Shown: piece by piece, positions 11,249 through 21,612 of the stretch | Position numbering within the stretch: the first letter of the stretch is position 1 | Layout of the letters: each line of letters opens with the position of its first letter | DNA from: Spirochaetia bacterium | Lineage (GTDB): Bacteria; Spirochaetota; Spirochaetia; WTKD01; G963693115 | Assembly (NCBI GenBank): GCA_965226055.1 | Contig: CBDDCA010000005.1 | Span: 256,001 to 320,000 of the forward strand | Direction: 5' to 3' | Length of the DNA stretch: 64,000 nt | Translations under genes and position numbers: made by a program | Notes under the pieces: generated by a model | What the model was told of the DNA's origin: nothing | Databases searched by the model: none | The model's input: only the letters and a program-made list of their open reading frames with translations

Positions 11249-11278
11249 TATAAGAGAGGATATGCTTCCTCTCTTATA
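11249..11278. terminator. Hairpin terminator between convergent genes
   Basis: TATAAGAGAGGA-tatgct-TCCTCTCTTATA, perfect 12-bp stem. Confidence 0.75.
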
Positions 11279-11312
11279 TACTTACCTATAGCCTTAAAAA
11301 GCACAAAGGTAC

Positions 11313-12119
11313 TTAAAAAAAAGGACGTAGAGGCAGCGATTCTAAAGGCAATAAATCACTTGATAATAACCGTGATTCAGAATTAAAAATAGCAACCATA
11401 TGTTCAAAACAGGCACTTTTATACTTATCAGCTCCAATAATAGCACCATTGTTAGCAGTAGTATATTGTTGTTCTTTTAAGCTAACAATAGGCTCAATAC
11501 AAATAACCATGCCAGGCTTAAGAGACATATTCATATTTTGTTGTTTCTTATAATATACAGTAGGATACTCATGTATGTCTCTTCCTATACCATGCCCAGC
11601 AAAGCCATTATATACATGCACCCCAAGACGATGTGCTTCTTCTGATATTTCATGAGCTATATCATTTAAGGTATTGCCTGGTATTGCTGCTTGTACTCCA
11701 ACACGACTCACTTTCCAAGCTGCATCTCGTAACAGCTGATCATCAGGATCAGGCTTTCCTATAATGTAGGTCCATGAAAGATCAGCGTGCCATCCAAAAC
11801 TATTTGCCACTAAATCAACAGTAATGATATCGCTATTTTGTAATTTATATTCTGATGGCACTCCATGTGCTAAAATTTCATTTCTTGATATTGATATATC
11901 AGAAGAAAAACCTTTATACCCTTTCATAGATGATGTAATATTATATTTCCGATAATACCCTTTTGATTCAAACTCAATCTGATTTTCATTTATATCAACT
12001 CTCAGCTTTTTATGAATTTCATATAAAAAATTAAATAAAATTTTAGCTACTTGTGCTTGCTGAAGAATCTCATAAGGTTTTTTTAGGTAAAGTCTTTTTT
12101 GTTTTAACTGTTGATTCAT
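11313..12119 (-). CDS. map: Type I methionine aminopeptidase
   Basis: HGVPS, metal ligands D...D, GHGIG..IHE, IEP and FEH motifs. Confidence 0.93.
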   Translation of the reverse strand: MNQQLKQKRLYLKKPYEILQQAQVAKILFNFLYEIHKKLRVDINENQIEFESKGYYRKYNITSSMKGYKGFSSDISISRNEILAHGVPSEYKLQNSDIITVDLVANSFGWHADLSWTYIIGKPDPDDQLLRDAAWKVSRVGVQAAIPGNTLNDIAHEISEEAHRLGVHVYNGFAGHGIGRDIHEYPTVYYKKQQNMNMSLKPGMVICIEPIVSLKEQQYTTANNGAIIGADKYKSACFEHMVAIFNSESRLLSSDLLPLESLPLRPFF

Positions 12120-12479
12120 TTATTGAATATCAGGACGAAGTATCTCTGCTCCAAACATATACACAGGGCTAACTTTTTTCCAAGGAAATATATGAGAAAA
12201 AAAAATAATCATACGAACAGTAAGAGGTATAGAATGAGGATAATCAGGTTCTTTTGTACAAAACAAAGCAATATGGTCAGCTGAGTGCAACAAACGAATA
12301 CATGTAGCAGGATTAAAAAAATTTATATCATTTGTTTGAGAGAAAATAATAGCACGAAAATGAGAAAAAGAAATTTTATTTTTCTGACAAAATGTCTCCA
12401 AGACTATCTTTAATCTATTCTTATTTGTTCCTTCATCTTCATTTGTAATTTGCAACGCTGCCCTAGCTATATAAAGCAT
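12120..12479 (-). CDS. aroH: AroH-type chorismate mutase
   Basis: R-A-A start, IIFSQTNDI...NPA..R, LFC..E, R, and VY..GAEILRPD AroH signature. Confidence 0.85.
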   Translation of the reverse strand: MLYIARAALQITNEDEGTNKNRLKIVLETFCQKNKISFSHFRAIIFSQTNDINFFNPATCIRLLHSADHIALFCTKEPDYPHSIPLTVRMIIFFSHIFPWKKVSPVYMFGAEILRPDIQ

Positions 12480-12852
12480 TAAATACCTCCTGACTCAACA
12501 TAACTCCACGAAGCACTTCCTTGCTCAACACAACCTGTATGAGAAAAATAAAAAACAACACCAATGAAATAACAGCTCCTATCCCCCATACAATAATAGA
12601 AATCATATACTTGATATTCTTTCGTAGTAATATAGAACATACTATGTTTGAGAGAGAGAAAACGAATGATATAGAAAAACAAAACATAATAATCAGTAAA
12701 AAAAAGATTGAAAACTGAAAGTCAGAGAACTGATTCACCTCAAAATACAATAGAGACAGAAGCCCTGCAATTCCAAAAAACATAAAAAAGAAGTATTTAG
12801 ACCATGTTTTTGTTTTTAAAATTAATACCTGTTGTTTTATACTTAATGCCAA
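12463..12852 (-). CDS. Small membrane protein (3 TM)
   Basis: TTG start after an AGGAAGG RBS; hydrophobic; coupled to aroH. Confidence 0.6.
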   Translation of the reverse strand: MALSIKQQVLILKTKTWSKYFFFMFFGIAGLLSLLYFEVNQFSDFQFSIFFLLIIMFCFSISFVFSLSNIVCSILLRKNIKYMISIIVWGIGAVISLVLFFIFLIQVVLSKEVLRGVMLSQEVFNALYS

Positions 12853-12882
12853 AAAAACCTTCCTATACTATTATTATATTAT

Positions 12883-13764
12883 ATGTTAGTGTATGATACA
12901 AAGTATTATAAAAGAATAATTAATCATATGATACAACAACAACCTGCTGTATCTGTAACAAAAGCCTCTTTACCTGCAACGCCTCCTTCCACTCCTTTTA
13001 CGCAATCTCACGATACTATACAAATGGTGGTATTTGATGTATATGGGACTATCTTACATACCCGTATGGGAGAAATTAGTATCCTAGAAAAAAGCAATAC
13101 TACTGTACTGGACATACCAGAACTAGCATTACAACTTGACATACAAAAAACACAACAAGATTTACAGCATTTAATTTTAGAACAACATACTCTCTCAAAA
13201 ACAAACAATCATATAGATTACCCCGAAGTAGATATTGTACATATATGGCAAACATACTCTCAACAAGAACCACTGTTTCCTAAAACACTAAGCAAAGAAG
13301 AGGCCATGATATGTGCTTTACGATACGAGCTTTCGGTAAATCCAGTATGGGCAATGCCACATGCTTTCCATACCTTACTACGCCTACAAAAAGCAGGATA
13401 TGCACTTGGAATTATTTCTAATGCTCAATTCTATACTCCTTTAATTCTTGAAACAATATATCCACAATGGCTCGAGCTACAATTTGAAACATGCACATGG
13501 TCATATCAACATCGTATTGCTAAACCGTCATCTACACTCTACCAACGTTTCTTACAACAGTCCACATATGACGCAAAATCTATCCTTTATATAGGCAACG
13601 ATAAACGCAAAGATATTATTCCTGCAAAAACAGCTGGCATGTGTCCTCTACTATACGCAGGAGACAGTAGTTCATATCGACCATACTCCCCCGACTTAGA
13701 CACTATTGAACACACTTGTATCGTTTCTCTCGATGAAATACTTGCATTACTCCATATACCATAA
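12883..13764 (+). CDS. HAD-superfamily hydrolase
   Basis: FDVYGT motif I, ISNA motif II, KP motif III, GND...D motif IV; start position uncertain. Confidence 0.88.
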   Translation: MLVYDTKYYKRIINHMIQQQPAVSVTKASLPATPPSTPFTQSHDTIQMVVFDVYGTILHTRMGEISILEKSNTTVLDIPELALQLDIQKTQQDLQHLILEQHTLSKTNNHIDYPEVDIVHIWQTYSQQEPLFPKTLSKEEAMICALRYELSVNPVWAMPHAFHTLLRLQKAGYALGIISNAQFYTPLILETIYPQWLELQFETCTWSYQHRIAKPSSTLYQRFLQQSTYDAKSILYIGNDKRKDIIPAKTAGMCPLLYAGDSSSYRPYSPDLDTIEHTCIVSLDEILALLHIP

Positions 13765-13792
13765 ACAGCAACGGTGCATACAAAATAAGATA

Positions 13793-15214
13793 TTATCGTA
13801 GATCCTTATTTTCTTTTTCACTGATTGTAAAAAAAATAGGGATAGCAGTAAAATTATACTGCTTTCGTATACAACGTATAAGATAACTACAATACGATTC
13901 AGTAAAAAGAAAACGTGCATTTACATGCAATTCAAAACACATAGGATTAGTACTACTCTGAGCAACAAAACGTAACTTTGCTCTCCTACGCTTAATAATG
14001 GGAGCAGGATGATGTTTCATAGCTTGTTGTAATACCCTATTAATATGTGAAGTTGCTATCTTAGTAGAAAGCTGACTTTGAATGATCTGAATATTTCTAA
14101 AAAGCTGATCTACTCCTACTCCAGTTTTAGCACTAAGCTGACATAACGGAGCAAAATACAACTGAGGCACTAAATATGCTATTCTCTCTTTCATCTCCAG
14201 TTTCATAGCTTCCTTATTTTCTACTAAATCCCATTTATTTAAGCACAGAACAACACTCTTTCTACGCGAAAGTGCTAAGCTCGCTATTTTCTTATCTTGT
14301 TCACTCATTCCCTCTTGCACATCAATAAACAACAAAACGATGTCAGCAGAGTTAATATATTCAATAGCTCTCTGATTTGCAAAATACTCAAGCTCATCCC
14401 TTACATTTGCTTTACGTCTTAGCCCTGCAGTATCAACAATTCCATATCTTGTGCCGTTCCATTCTATATAATCAAGAGTACTATCTCTAGTCGTGCCTGG
14501 CACGGAAGAAACAAGATTTTGCGGCTTTTTCAATACATAGTTAAAAAAGCTAGATTTTCCACTATTGGGTTTTCCTACAATCAATAAACGACATACCCGT
14601 TCATCTTGTAAAGTATGTACAGAAGCACCACGAGAATCTTCAAACTCATCTGCAACAATACTTGAAGTATCCAAAGACATTATCGTATTTTGAGGTACAT
14701 GTTCCATATCTGTAGATCTTGCTTGTTCTATTTTTTCAGACATTGTGTCTATTGTATGCCATAAGGTATCTATATGCATCTTATGTATTGCCGATATACT
14801 TATACTATTCTTAATACCAAGAGAATGATATTCATGAGCTGCCCACTGTCGTTCTTCATTATCTACTTTATTTATCACCAATAATACCTTAGACATAAAC
14901 GGGCGTAGAATTGATGCTATTTCATAATCTTCAGACACTAAACTTTCTACCGAAACAACAAATAAAATAATATCAGATCTTTGTATTTCCTCAATACCTC
15001 GTTGAGTAAGCTGTTCAGCATACGGACCTTCACCTAAAACACCAGCTAAGTCTTTTAAGCACATCGTGTAAGCATTTCTTACACATTGATACGTAAGGGC
15101 ATCACGGGTAACACCAGCAGTTTTATGAGTAATAGCAATACGCTTAGAGGAAAGCACATTAAATAACGTGGATTTTCCGACATTAGGTCGTCCTATAATT
15201 GAAATTGAAATCAT
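13793..15214 (-). CDS. der: Ribosome biogenesis GTPase Der (EngA)
   Basis: Two G domains (GRPNVGKS/GVTRD and GKPNSGKS/GTTRD/DTAG/NKWD) plus a KH-like C-terminus. Confidence 0.96.
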   Translation of the reverse strand: MISISIIGRPNVGKSTLFNVLSSKRIAITHKTAGVTRDALTYQCVRNAYTMCLKDLAGVLGEGPYAEQLTQRGIEEIQRSDIILFVVSVESLVSEDYEIASILRPFMSKVLLVINKVDNEERQWAAHEYHSLGIKNSISISAIHKMHIDTLWHTIDTMSEKIEQARSTDMEHVPQNTIMSLDTSSIVADEFEDSRGASVHTLQDERVCRLLIVGKPNSGKSSFFNYVLKKPQNLVSSVPGTTRDSTLDYIEWNGTRYGIVDTAGLRRKANVRDELEYFANQRAIEYINSADIVLLFIDVQEGMSEQDKKIASLALSRRKSVVLCLNKWDLVENKEAMKLEMKERIAYLVPQLYFAPLCQLSAKTGVGVDQLFRNIQIIQSQLSTKIATSHINRVLQQAMKHHPAPIIKRRRAKLRFVAQSSTNPMCFELHVNARFLFTESYCSYLIRCIRKQYNFTAIPIFFTISEKENKDLR

Positions 15215-15236
15215 ATGTTATATCTTAATAAAAACA

Positions 15237-16970
15237 TTAGTTATATTGCATAAGATACTCTTGCACTGTATCTTTTATGTTCTGTATACTCTTATAATGA
15301 ACAATCTCTTCAAACAAAGCTCGAGTATCATCAACTCTCATCTTTGTAACATATGTTATCACACGAGGAAGCTGAAAAATAGACACACTAAAATTTCGCA
15401 AACCTGCTCCTAACAATAATGGTATCATCATTCTATCACTTGCAATCTCACCACAAATAGATATATCAATATTCTTTTCATATGAAATATAGAAAATATC
15501 GCGAAGCACTCGAAGAAATGAGGGTTGCATACTCTGATACAAATATTCTAATTTTGCATTAGTACGATCGCTTGCAAGAAGAAATTGAAGTAAATCATTT
15601 GAACCAACAGACCAAAAATTACAGCTTTGAGCCAACTCTTCTAGTATATACAGTACAGAAGGAACCTCAATCATAGGCCCTATATGAATATTTTTATCAT
15701 ACAATACCCCATTACTATCTAACGTAGACTTTGCTTGTTCTAATAGCTCAAGAAAATCATTCCATTCTTCTAAAGTAGAAACCATAGGAACTAAAATACG
15801 AATAGTACCATAATAAGATGCTCTCAAAATAGCCCTCAGCTGAGATAACATAAGCTCTTTATGAAAAAGAGTAAACCTTACTCCACGAAATCCCATCAAT
15901 GGATTCTCTTCAATATGACTATGAATATATTCCTGCATCTTATCTCCGCCTACATCAAAAGTACGTATAGTGACAGGTTTTTTAGACATAGCCTGTAGTA
16001 CTTTCATATATATTTGAAACTGATATTCTTCATTATAATAGCTTTTAGATATAGGAAACAAAAATTCGGTACGTAAAAGCCCTACTCCATCGGATAAAGA
16101 AACAAAATTTTCTTTCAATTCTTCTAATAACTCAAAATTAATAAAAAAAGACACAGGAACATTATCAATAGTTGTATGCTTACTTATTTTAGCTTCATGT
16201 AATATTTTCAAAGCCTCCTGCTTATCATGTTGAAAATGTTGCTGATACTGTTGCTGCAAAGCCTCGTCAGCATTAAGAATAAGATATCCTTTGTTAGCAT
16301 CAACAATAAGCTCTCTCCCTGTTTTGATGATATGATGTGCCCCATGAACTCCTACTAACATAGGAATATTGTACGATTTTGCAATTAAACAAATATGCGA
16401 ATTAACTCCCCCTTGTTCCGTTACAATACCAAGAATTTTCTCTCTTGGTAATCGAAAAAAATCATAGGTGAGGAGTAATTTAGATACAATAATACAAGGT
16501 TCTTTTAAGTCAAAATCATCTTTTTTATTGTCAGACACAAGATGTGAAATAATCAAAGTAATTACTTCGTTTAAGTCATGCTCTCTTTCTCTCAAATATT
16601 CTTGTTCAGAATACTCTAACAAAGTAATATAGTCTTGCATACCATCATAAATAGCCCATTCTGCATTTTGCAATTTAGTCTCTATAATAGAAACTATTTT
16701 AGAGTGAAACTCACTATCTTCAATCATCAGTAAATACGCTTCGATAATATCATACGTGTTTTTACTCATATTATTTTGCTTTAACAGAGCAATCTCTTTT
16801 TTTGTATCCTCTATTGCTTTTAAGAATCGCTGAATCTCCTCTTTACTCTCTTCTTTCGTTATTGAATATCGTGGAAAGTCTTTATACGATGATTCAAGAA
16901 CATATGCTTTCCCTAAAGAAATACCTGAGGACGCAACTATAGCTTGACATTTTTTAATTGATGTATCCAT
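15237..16970 (-). CDS. ptsI: PEP-protein phosphotransferase (PTS enzyme I)
   Basis: GGVNSH phospho-His motif, GVGLLRTEFLF, RTFDVGGDK, ENPLMGFRG, GSNDLLQF, CGE. Confidence 0.95.
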   Translation of the reverse strand: MDTSIKKCQAIVASSGISLGKAYVLESSYKDFPRYSITKEESKEEIQRFLKAIEDTKKEIALLKQNNMSKNTYDIIEAYLLMIEDSEFHSKIVSIIETKLQNAEWAIYDGMQDYITLLEYSEQEYLREREHDLNEVITLIISHLVSDNKKDDFDLKEPCIIVSKLLLTYDFFRLPREKILGIVTEQGGVNSHICLIAKSYNIPMLVGVHGAHHIIKTGRELIVDANKGYLILNADEALQQQYQQHFQHDKQEALKILHEAKISKHTTIDNVPVSFFINFELLEELKENFVSLSDGVGLLRTEFLFPISKSYYNEEYQFQIYMKVLQAMSKKPVTIRTFDVGGDKMQEYIHSHIEENPLMGFRGVRFTLFHKELMLSQLRAILRASYYGTIRILVPMVSTLEEWNDFLELLEQAKSTLDSNGVLYDKNIHIGPMIEVPSVLYILEELAQSCNFWSVGSNDLLQFLLASDRTNAKLEYLYQSMQPSFLRVLRDIFYISYEKNIDISICGEIASDRMMIPLLLGAGLRNFSVSIFQLPRVITYVTKMRVDDTRALFEEIVHYKSIQNIKDTVQEYLMQYN

Positions 16971-17047
16971 GATATTTATATATTTTTCCTCTTACTATAG
17001 TATAGTATACTATAGTATAATATACTATATAGTCTATATATACATAT

Positions 17048-17857
17048 ATGAAAAAAAACACCAATAGCAAAAATATAAAAAAAAGAAAAAATAAAGCTAC
17101 TCTCAAAAAAAGAAAAAAAACAATTCAACTAATATTGATTATTGTTCTTGTTACTATTGTGCTTACCTTGCTTATAAGCGAATATATGCGCAACATGTTA
17201 CAAAATAGCAGCAATAACAATACGACTCACTCTACTCAACCCAAAAAAAAAGAAATAGCAAAAGAAACAGCAAAAGAAAGCACAACAGAAAATGAAGAAA
17301 AAGACGAAATAGCAGATACAGAGATATATACTCAAGACACATTGGAGAAAACACAGCGACAAAAAGACACAACAGAAAAAACAACAAGCACTCAAGAGCC
17401 AGAATCAGAAACTATGGAAACGTCTGTTTACTTTATTAAAATAGTAGGAGAAACACAACTGCAACCAATACAGTATACACGATCAATTCCCTTTACTCTT
17501 TCAGTATTAACAGCTACTTTAGAACAGCTGTTATTAGGCCCCAATAATGATGAAAAGAACACAGGAGCAAAAAGTTTCATTCCTACCCAGACAAACATAA
17601 GAAATATATACATCGAAAATAATACAGTGTTTTTAGATTTAAGTGACGAATTTCAGTTTAATCCCTTTGGTCGTCTGGGAGTGTTAGCTCAATTATTTCA
17701 AATAGTATATACTTGCACCGAATTTCAAACTATTGATACTGTACAGATACTTGTAGAAGGAAAAAAACAACGCTTTCTTTCAGGTGATTCAGGATCTATT
17801 TCTATAGACAGACCATTAAGTAGAACTATACTACTTGAATATGCAGAAAATATTTAG
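17048..17857 (+). CDS. GerMN-domain membrane-anchored protein
   Basis: N-terminal TM, charged linker, LEQLLLGP...FIP...LDLSDEF...QIVYT.TEF..VQILVEG. Confidence 0.88.
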   Translation: MKKNTNSKNIKKRKNKATLKKRKKTIQLILIIVLVTIVLTLLISEYMRNMLQNSSNNNTTHSTQPKKKEIAKETAKESTTENEEKDEIADTEIYTQDTLEKTQRQKDTTEKTTSTQEPESETMETSVYFIKIVGETQLQPIQYTRSIPFTLSVLTATLEQLLLGPNNDEKNTGAKSFIPTQTNIRNIYIENNTVFLDLSDEFQFNPFGRLGVLAQLFQIVYTCTEFQTIDTVQILVEGKKQRFLSGDSGSISIDRPLSRTILLEYAENI

Positions 17858-17882
17858 TATATATGTATATCATATACCAATA

Positions 17883-18854
17883 TTAACTACTCTCTTCTAC
17901 TGCTTGCATACTCATCTTTTTATAATACAACTCAATAGTTTCGTCATGAATGTCTTGCTTACTGTTATGAATTTCAAAAAAAAATTCTTGGTTACCGCTA
18001 CTTCCTTTTAGTTTTGAAGGAATAACAGTATGCACATAAACATTTTCCTTATACAGCTCCAATAAAACAGCATATACAATATCAGTAAGATGCTTCTTGT
18101 TTTTAATTATTCCATTAAAAGGAATTTCTGTTATAACACTATCAATTCGCTTTTTCTTAAAAAAAGAAAGTTCAAACTGTGGCTTACATAATGCTACTAT
18201 GTACATATCGCGAAGCAATGGTAATATATAATACAGAAAATGTAACAAAGAACGAAAAGAAACATCTACTACTGCAGCATGTGGTTTTCCATATGTAAAA
18301 CTATCTTCCCTTAACGACAATACATTCGTACGTTCCATAAGAGTAATGTTTTTATTTCTCTTGAGTAAAAAATCAAATTGGTTATACCCAACATCAACGG
18401 CATATACATGGCTAGCCCCTGCTTGTAAAAGACAATCAGTAAAGCCTCCTGTAGATGCCCCACAATCAATCCATATCTTATCTTTTACTGTGTAGGATAT
18501 CTTATCAAGAACTCCTTTTAATTTATCTCCTCCCCTTGACACAAATGTATTCGTTTGTACATATATAACAAACATATTTGCACATACCGTATATTTATGT
18601 TTACGTACAATTTCAATAGTGTTGTTCAAAAAAAAATCTTCTTCTAAAAGTATCTTTTTTTGAGTCATAGGTACATGATTACGAAAGGAAGGAGCTTTAC
18701 ATACTGCTATTTCACCACAAAAGATATGCGATAAAAGTGTATCTTTATGTGATGGAAGATCAAAATAAAATGCTTTAGATTGCAAAAAAGAAAGGAGTGT
18801 ATCATTACGGGTAACATACACTCCTATCCCTGATTTTCTCTGATACATATTCAT
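17883..18854 (-). CDS. tlyA: TlyA-family rRNA 2'-O-methyltransferase
   Basis: FVSRGGDKL, DCGASTGGFTDCLLQ, DVSFRSL, KPQFE, GSSGNQEF; divergent N-terminus. Confidence 0.9.
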   Translation of the reverse strand: MNMYQRKSGIGVYVTRNDTLLSFLQSKAFYFDLPSHKDTLLSHIFCGEIAVCKAPSFRNHVPMTQKKILLEEDFFLNNTIEIVRKHKYTVCANMFVIYVQTNTFVSRGGDKLKGVLDKISYTVKDKIWIDCGASTGGFTDCLLQAGASHVYAVDVGYNQFDFLLKRNKNITLMERTNVLSLREDSFTYGKPHAAVVDVSFRSLLHFLYYILPLLRDMYIVALCKPQFELSFFKKKRIDSVITEIPFNGIIKNKKHLTDIVYAVLLELYKENVYVHTVIPSKLKGSSGNQEFFFEIHNSKQDIHDETIELYYKKMSMQAVEESS

Positions 18855-18922
18855 TACACTACTGTAAGGAGACCTACTATGCTCCTCACACTCACTAGGT
18901 AATATACATATAACTATTTCTC

Positions 18923-20455
18923 TTAACGAGCGTACTCAATAATTCTCGTCTGCCGAATAGCAGTTATCTTTACCCGTCCTGGATATTTTAACTCTTCTTC
19001 AATATTTTTACATATGGTACGAGCTATATCCTGTACCTGTGAATCTGACGCTTCTTCGCTATTGATGATGACACGCACTTCTCTTCCTGCATGCACTGCG
19101 TATGCGTGCTTCACTCCTTTAACAGAATTTGCTACTTTCTCTAACTTAATGAGACGTTCAATATAATTTTCTAACGTATCCCTTCTTGCCCCTGGTCGTG
19201 CAGCAGACATAGAATCTGCTATCTGCACTATTACTGACTCGATACAATTATGAGGAACATCACCATGATGTGCTGCTATTGCATTGATAACCTCAGGCGG
19301 CTCATTTATACGCTTTGCAAGCTCTACCCCCAGCTCAACATGAGTAAAATCACTATTTGAATCTATAGCTTTCCCTATATCGTGCAACAGCCCCCCTCGT
19401 TTTGCAAGGTTAGCATCTGCTCCAAGCTCCTTAGCTATCATACCAGAGAGTACTGCTACTTCTTGTGAATGACTGAGAATATTTTGTCCATAACTTGTAC
19501 GAAACTTAAGTTTTCCTATAGTTCGTAACCCATCAACATGCATGCTTCCTTGAATACCTAACTCTAAAAATACCCTTTCTCCCTCATCGTATACTACCTT
19601 ATTGATATTTTGGGTAACCTTTTCAACTTCTTCTTCTATTCTTGCAGGATGTATTCTTCCGTCTTTAATAAGGTTATTTAGCGTTTGTATGGCAATAGCT
19701 CTTCTATAAGGGTTAAAACAAGAAACTACCACTGCATCAGGAGTATCATCTATAATGATGTCTGCTCCAATCAAAGTCTCAATAACCCTAATATTTCTCC
19801 CTTCTCTCCCAATAATTCTCCCTTTCATCTCTTCATTTGGAAGTACAACAACAGAAGTAGTAATTTCTGAGCTTACTTCAGAAGCAATTCTTTGAGCTGC
19901 TTGAATTAAAATATTCTTCGCTTTTTTCTCTGCATCCTGTAGGGCATCCTGCTCTATACGATGTACAATATCCTTAATCTCTTGCCTGACCCTTGTTTCT
20001 GCTTGTTCAATAACACGTTTCTGAGCTTCTTCCAGTGTTAGCCGAGCAATAGACTCAAGTTGCTTATCAAGAGTATGTCTGATATTCTTTGTTTCTGCGT
20101 GTAGCTTATCTAGCTCTATCTCCCTATCTTTGACTTTTATTTGTTGTGTCTCCAAATCCGATTGCTTTACAGCAAGCTGATCCTCTTTCTTTTGCAAGCG
20201 ATTATCAACCTGATTAAGTTCTCTATGCCTTTCTCGAAAAGATTTTTCTTGTTCTCTTTTCTCCTTTTCAAGAAGCTCGCGTGTTTCATAAATTAAATCT
20301 TTCTTTTGCTGCTTAGCATCATTCTCTGCAGAAGCAAGAAGCCTTTTTGCATTTTGCTCCGCAGAAGTAAGCTTAATTTTTGCATAAAACCAACGTATAG
20401 TCCAACCAAATAAAAACCCAAATACAGGAAGAATAACATATAGTATATATTGCAT
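18923..20455 (-). CDS. rny: Ribonuclease Y
   Basis: N-terminal TM, coiled coil, KH domain (MKGRIIGREGRNIR), HD domain (GLLHDIGK). Confidence 0.98.
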   Translation of the reverse strand: MQYILYVILPVFGFLFGWTIRWFYAKIKLTSAEQNAKRLLASAENDAKQQKKDLIYETRELLEKEKREQEKSFRERHRELNQVDNRLQKKEDQLAVKQSDLETQQIKVKDREIELDKLHAETKNIRHTLDKQLESIARLTLEEAQKRVIEQAETRVRQEIKDIVHRIEQDALQDAEKKAKNILIQAAQRIASEVSSEITTSVVVLPNEEMKGRIIGREGRNIRVIETLIGADIIIDDTPDAVVVSCFNPYRRAIAIQTLNNLIKDGRIHPARIEEEVEKVTQNINKVVYDEGERVFLELGIQGSMHVDGLRTIGKLKFRTSYGQNILSHSQEVAVLSGMIAKELGADANLAKRGGLLHDIGKAIDSNSDFTHVELGVELAKRINEPPEVINAIAAHHGDVPHNCIESVIVQIADSMSAARPGARRDTLENYIERLIKLEKVANSVKGVKHAYAVHAGREVRVIINSEEASDSQVQDIARTICKNIEEELKYPGRVKITAIRQTRIIEYAR

Positions 20456-20627
20456 ATATTTCTTCCTTTACTTATTTTAATACTTAATAATTTATTATAC
20501 CATTTTATAAGTATTATTGCAAACAGAAATACAAAGATTTTTGCAGATTTAAGGAGTAAAGTGTTTAACAAAGTTTTGGTTGTTCAATACAGTATATATA
20601 GTAATAGTACAAGTAAGGAGAGAAAAA

Positions 20628-20953
20628 ATGCATAATTATCCAACAAACATAGAGAGATTAGTGATAATAGTAGCACCTTATACTCTTTAATATATGGCTT
20701 TATTAGTGGTGTTTGTAGAAAAAAAATTTCTGATATTAAAGCTCACCATATTTCTAGTATTATATCTTTTTTGTTATCCATTTATTTATTTTCTAAAGTA
20801 TTATCATACTTCTTCACTTTTTTAGATGGGTTAGTATTTCTAATTGGAAATTTCATGTTAGTATCCAAGCAGAAGTATGTGCTACAATATCACTTACACA
20901 CAATAGGCGAAAAAGATTTAAAAAATCCTAAAAAAATTAGATTCTGGAAATAA
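20628..20953 (+). pseudogene. Possible frameshifted small membrane-protein gene
   Basis: Strong RBS AAGGAG then ATG 20628 opens only 20 codons (stop ~20690). A second frame is open from ~20636 to 20953 with a hydrophobic segment but no good start. Confidence 0.35.
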
Positions 20954-20970
20954 TTTGATATAATATATAT

Positions 20971-21612
20971 ATGGGAGCAGAAAAATATAAAGAATTTGAA
21001 GAAATTTGGGATAACTTAAATAAGGCAGAGTTAGCATCTGATAAGATAGAATTTGCCTGGAAGAGTACAATAGAATCTAATAATAATATAGAAACAAAAT
21101 TAGATAGGAATAATTCAAAGGCTACAGTGCTATTAACAATTTCTATAGCATTACTAGGACTCATATTACCTATACTAATAGGCATAATATTTGAAAGCGA
21201 AAAAATAATACCTATATTAAACAGTATCCTTATCAATATAGATTGGTTGAAGCCACAAGTAGCGTTAGGAATATTTGAATTATTTCTATCATTTTCCTCT
21301 ACCTGTTTCTTCTTTTCTAGTATGTTCTTTATGAGGTTATTAACAGAGAGTGTTATGAATAAAGATATTTTGAGACTATCTCCTGCAGTTTTTTTTAGCA
21401 ATATCCCGTATGATGACAGCATAAAAACAAAAATAAGATTAATACCAACATTGGAAATGATAGCATATAAAAAGTATCAAACCTTGTTAAGTAATCGTAT
21501 AAAATTTCTAATGGGATCATCAATATTACAGATAGGATTTATATTTTTTGCCATATTGCTGATAATAGTAGGATATATTATATCTAGTTATTATCTATAT
21601 CTAGATCTATAA
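20971..21612 (+). CDS. Pycsar-effector-like (DUF5706/PycTM-like) 3-TM membrane protein
   Basis: SKATVLL before TM1, SPAVFFSNI after TM2 and MIAYKKYQ before TM3 match the remembered family pattern (D-x-KA / FF-x-x-I / ia-x-KY). Confidence 0.55.
   Translation: MGAEKYKEFEEIWDNLNKAELASDKIEFAWKSTIESNNNIETKLDRNNSKATVLLTISIALLGLILPILIGIIFESEKIIPILNSILINIDWLKPQVALGIFELFLSFSSTCFFFSSMFFMRLLTESVMNKDILRLSPAVFFSNIPYDDSIKTKIRLIPTLEMIAYKKYQTLLSNRIKFLMGSSILQIGFIFFAILLIIVGYIISSYYLYLDL

Noticed and set aside
20937-21422. 161-aa minus-strand ORF
   Set aside because: Antisense to the better-supported effector-like gene, which has a promoter and family motifs.
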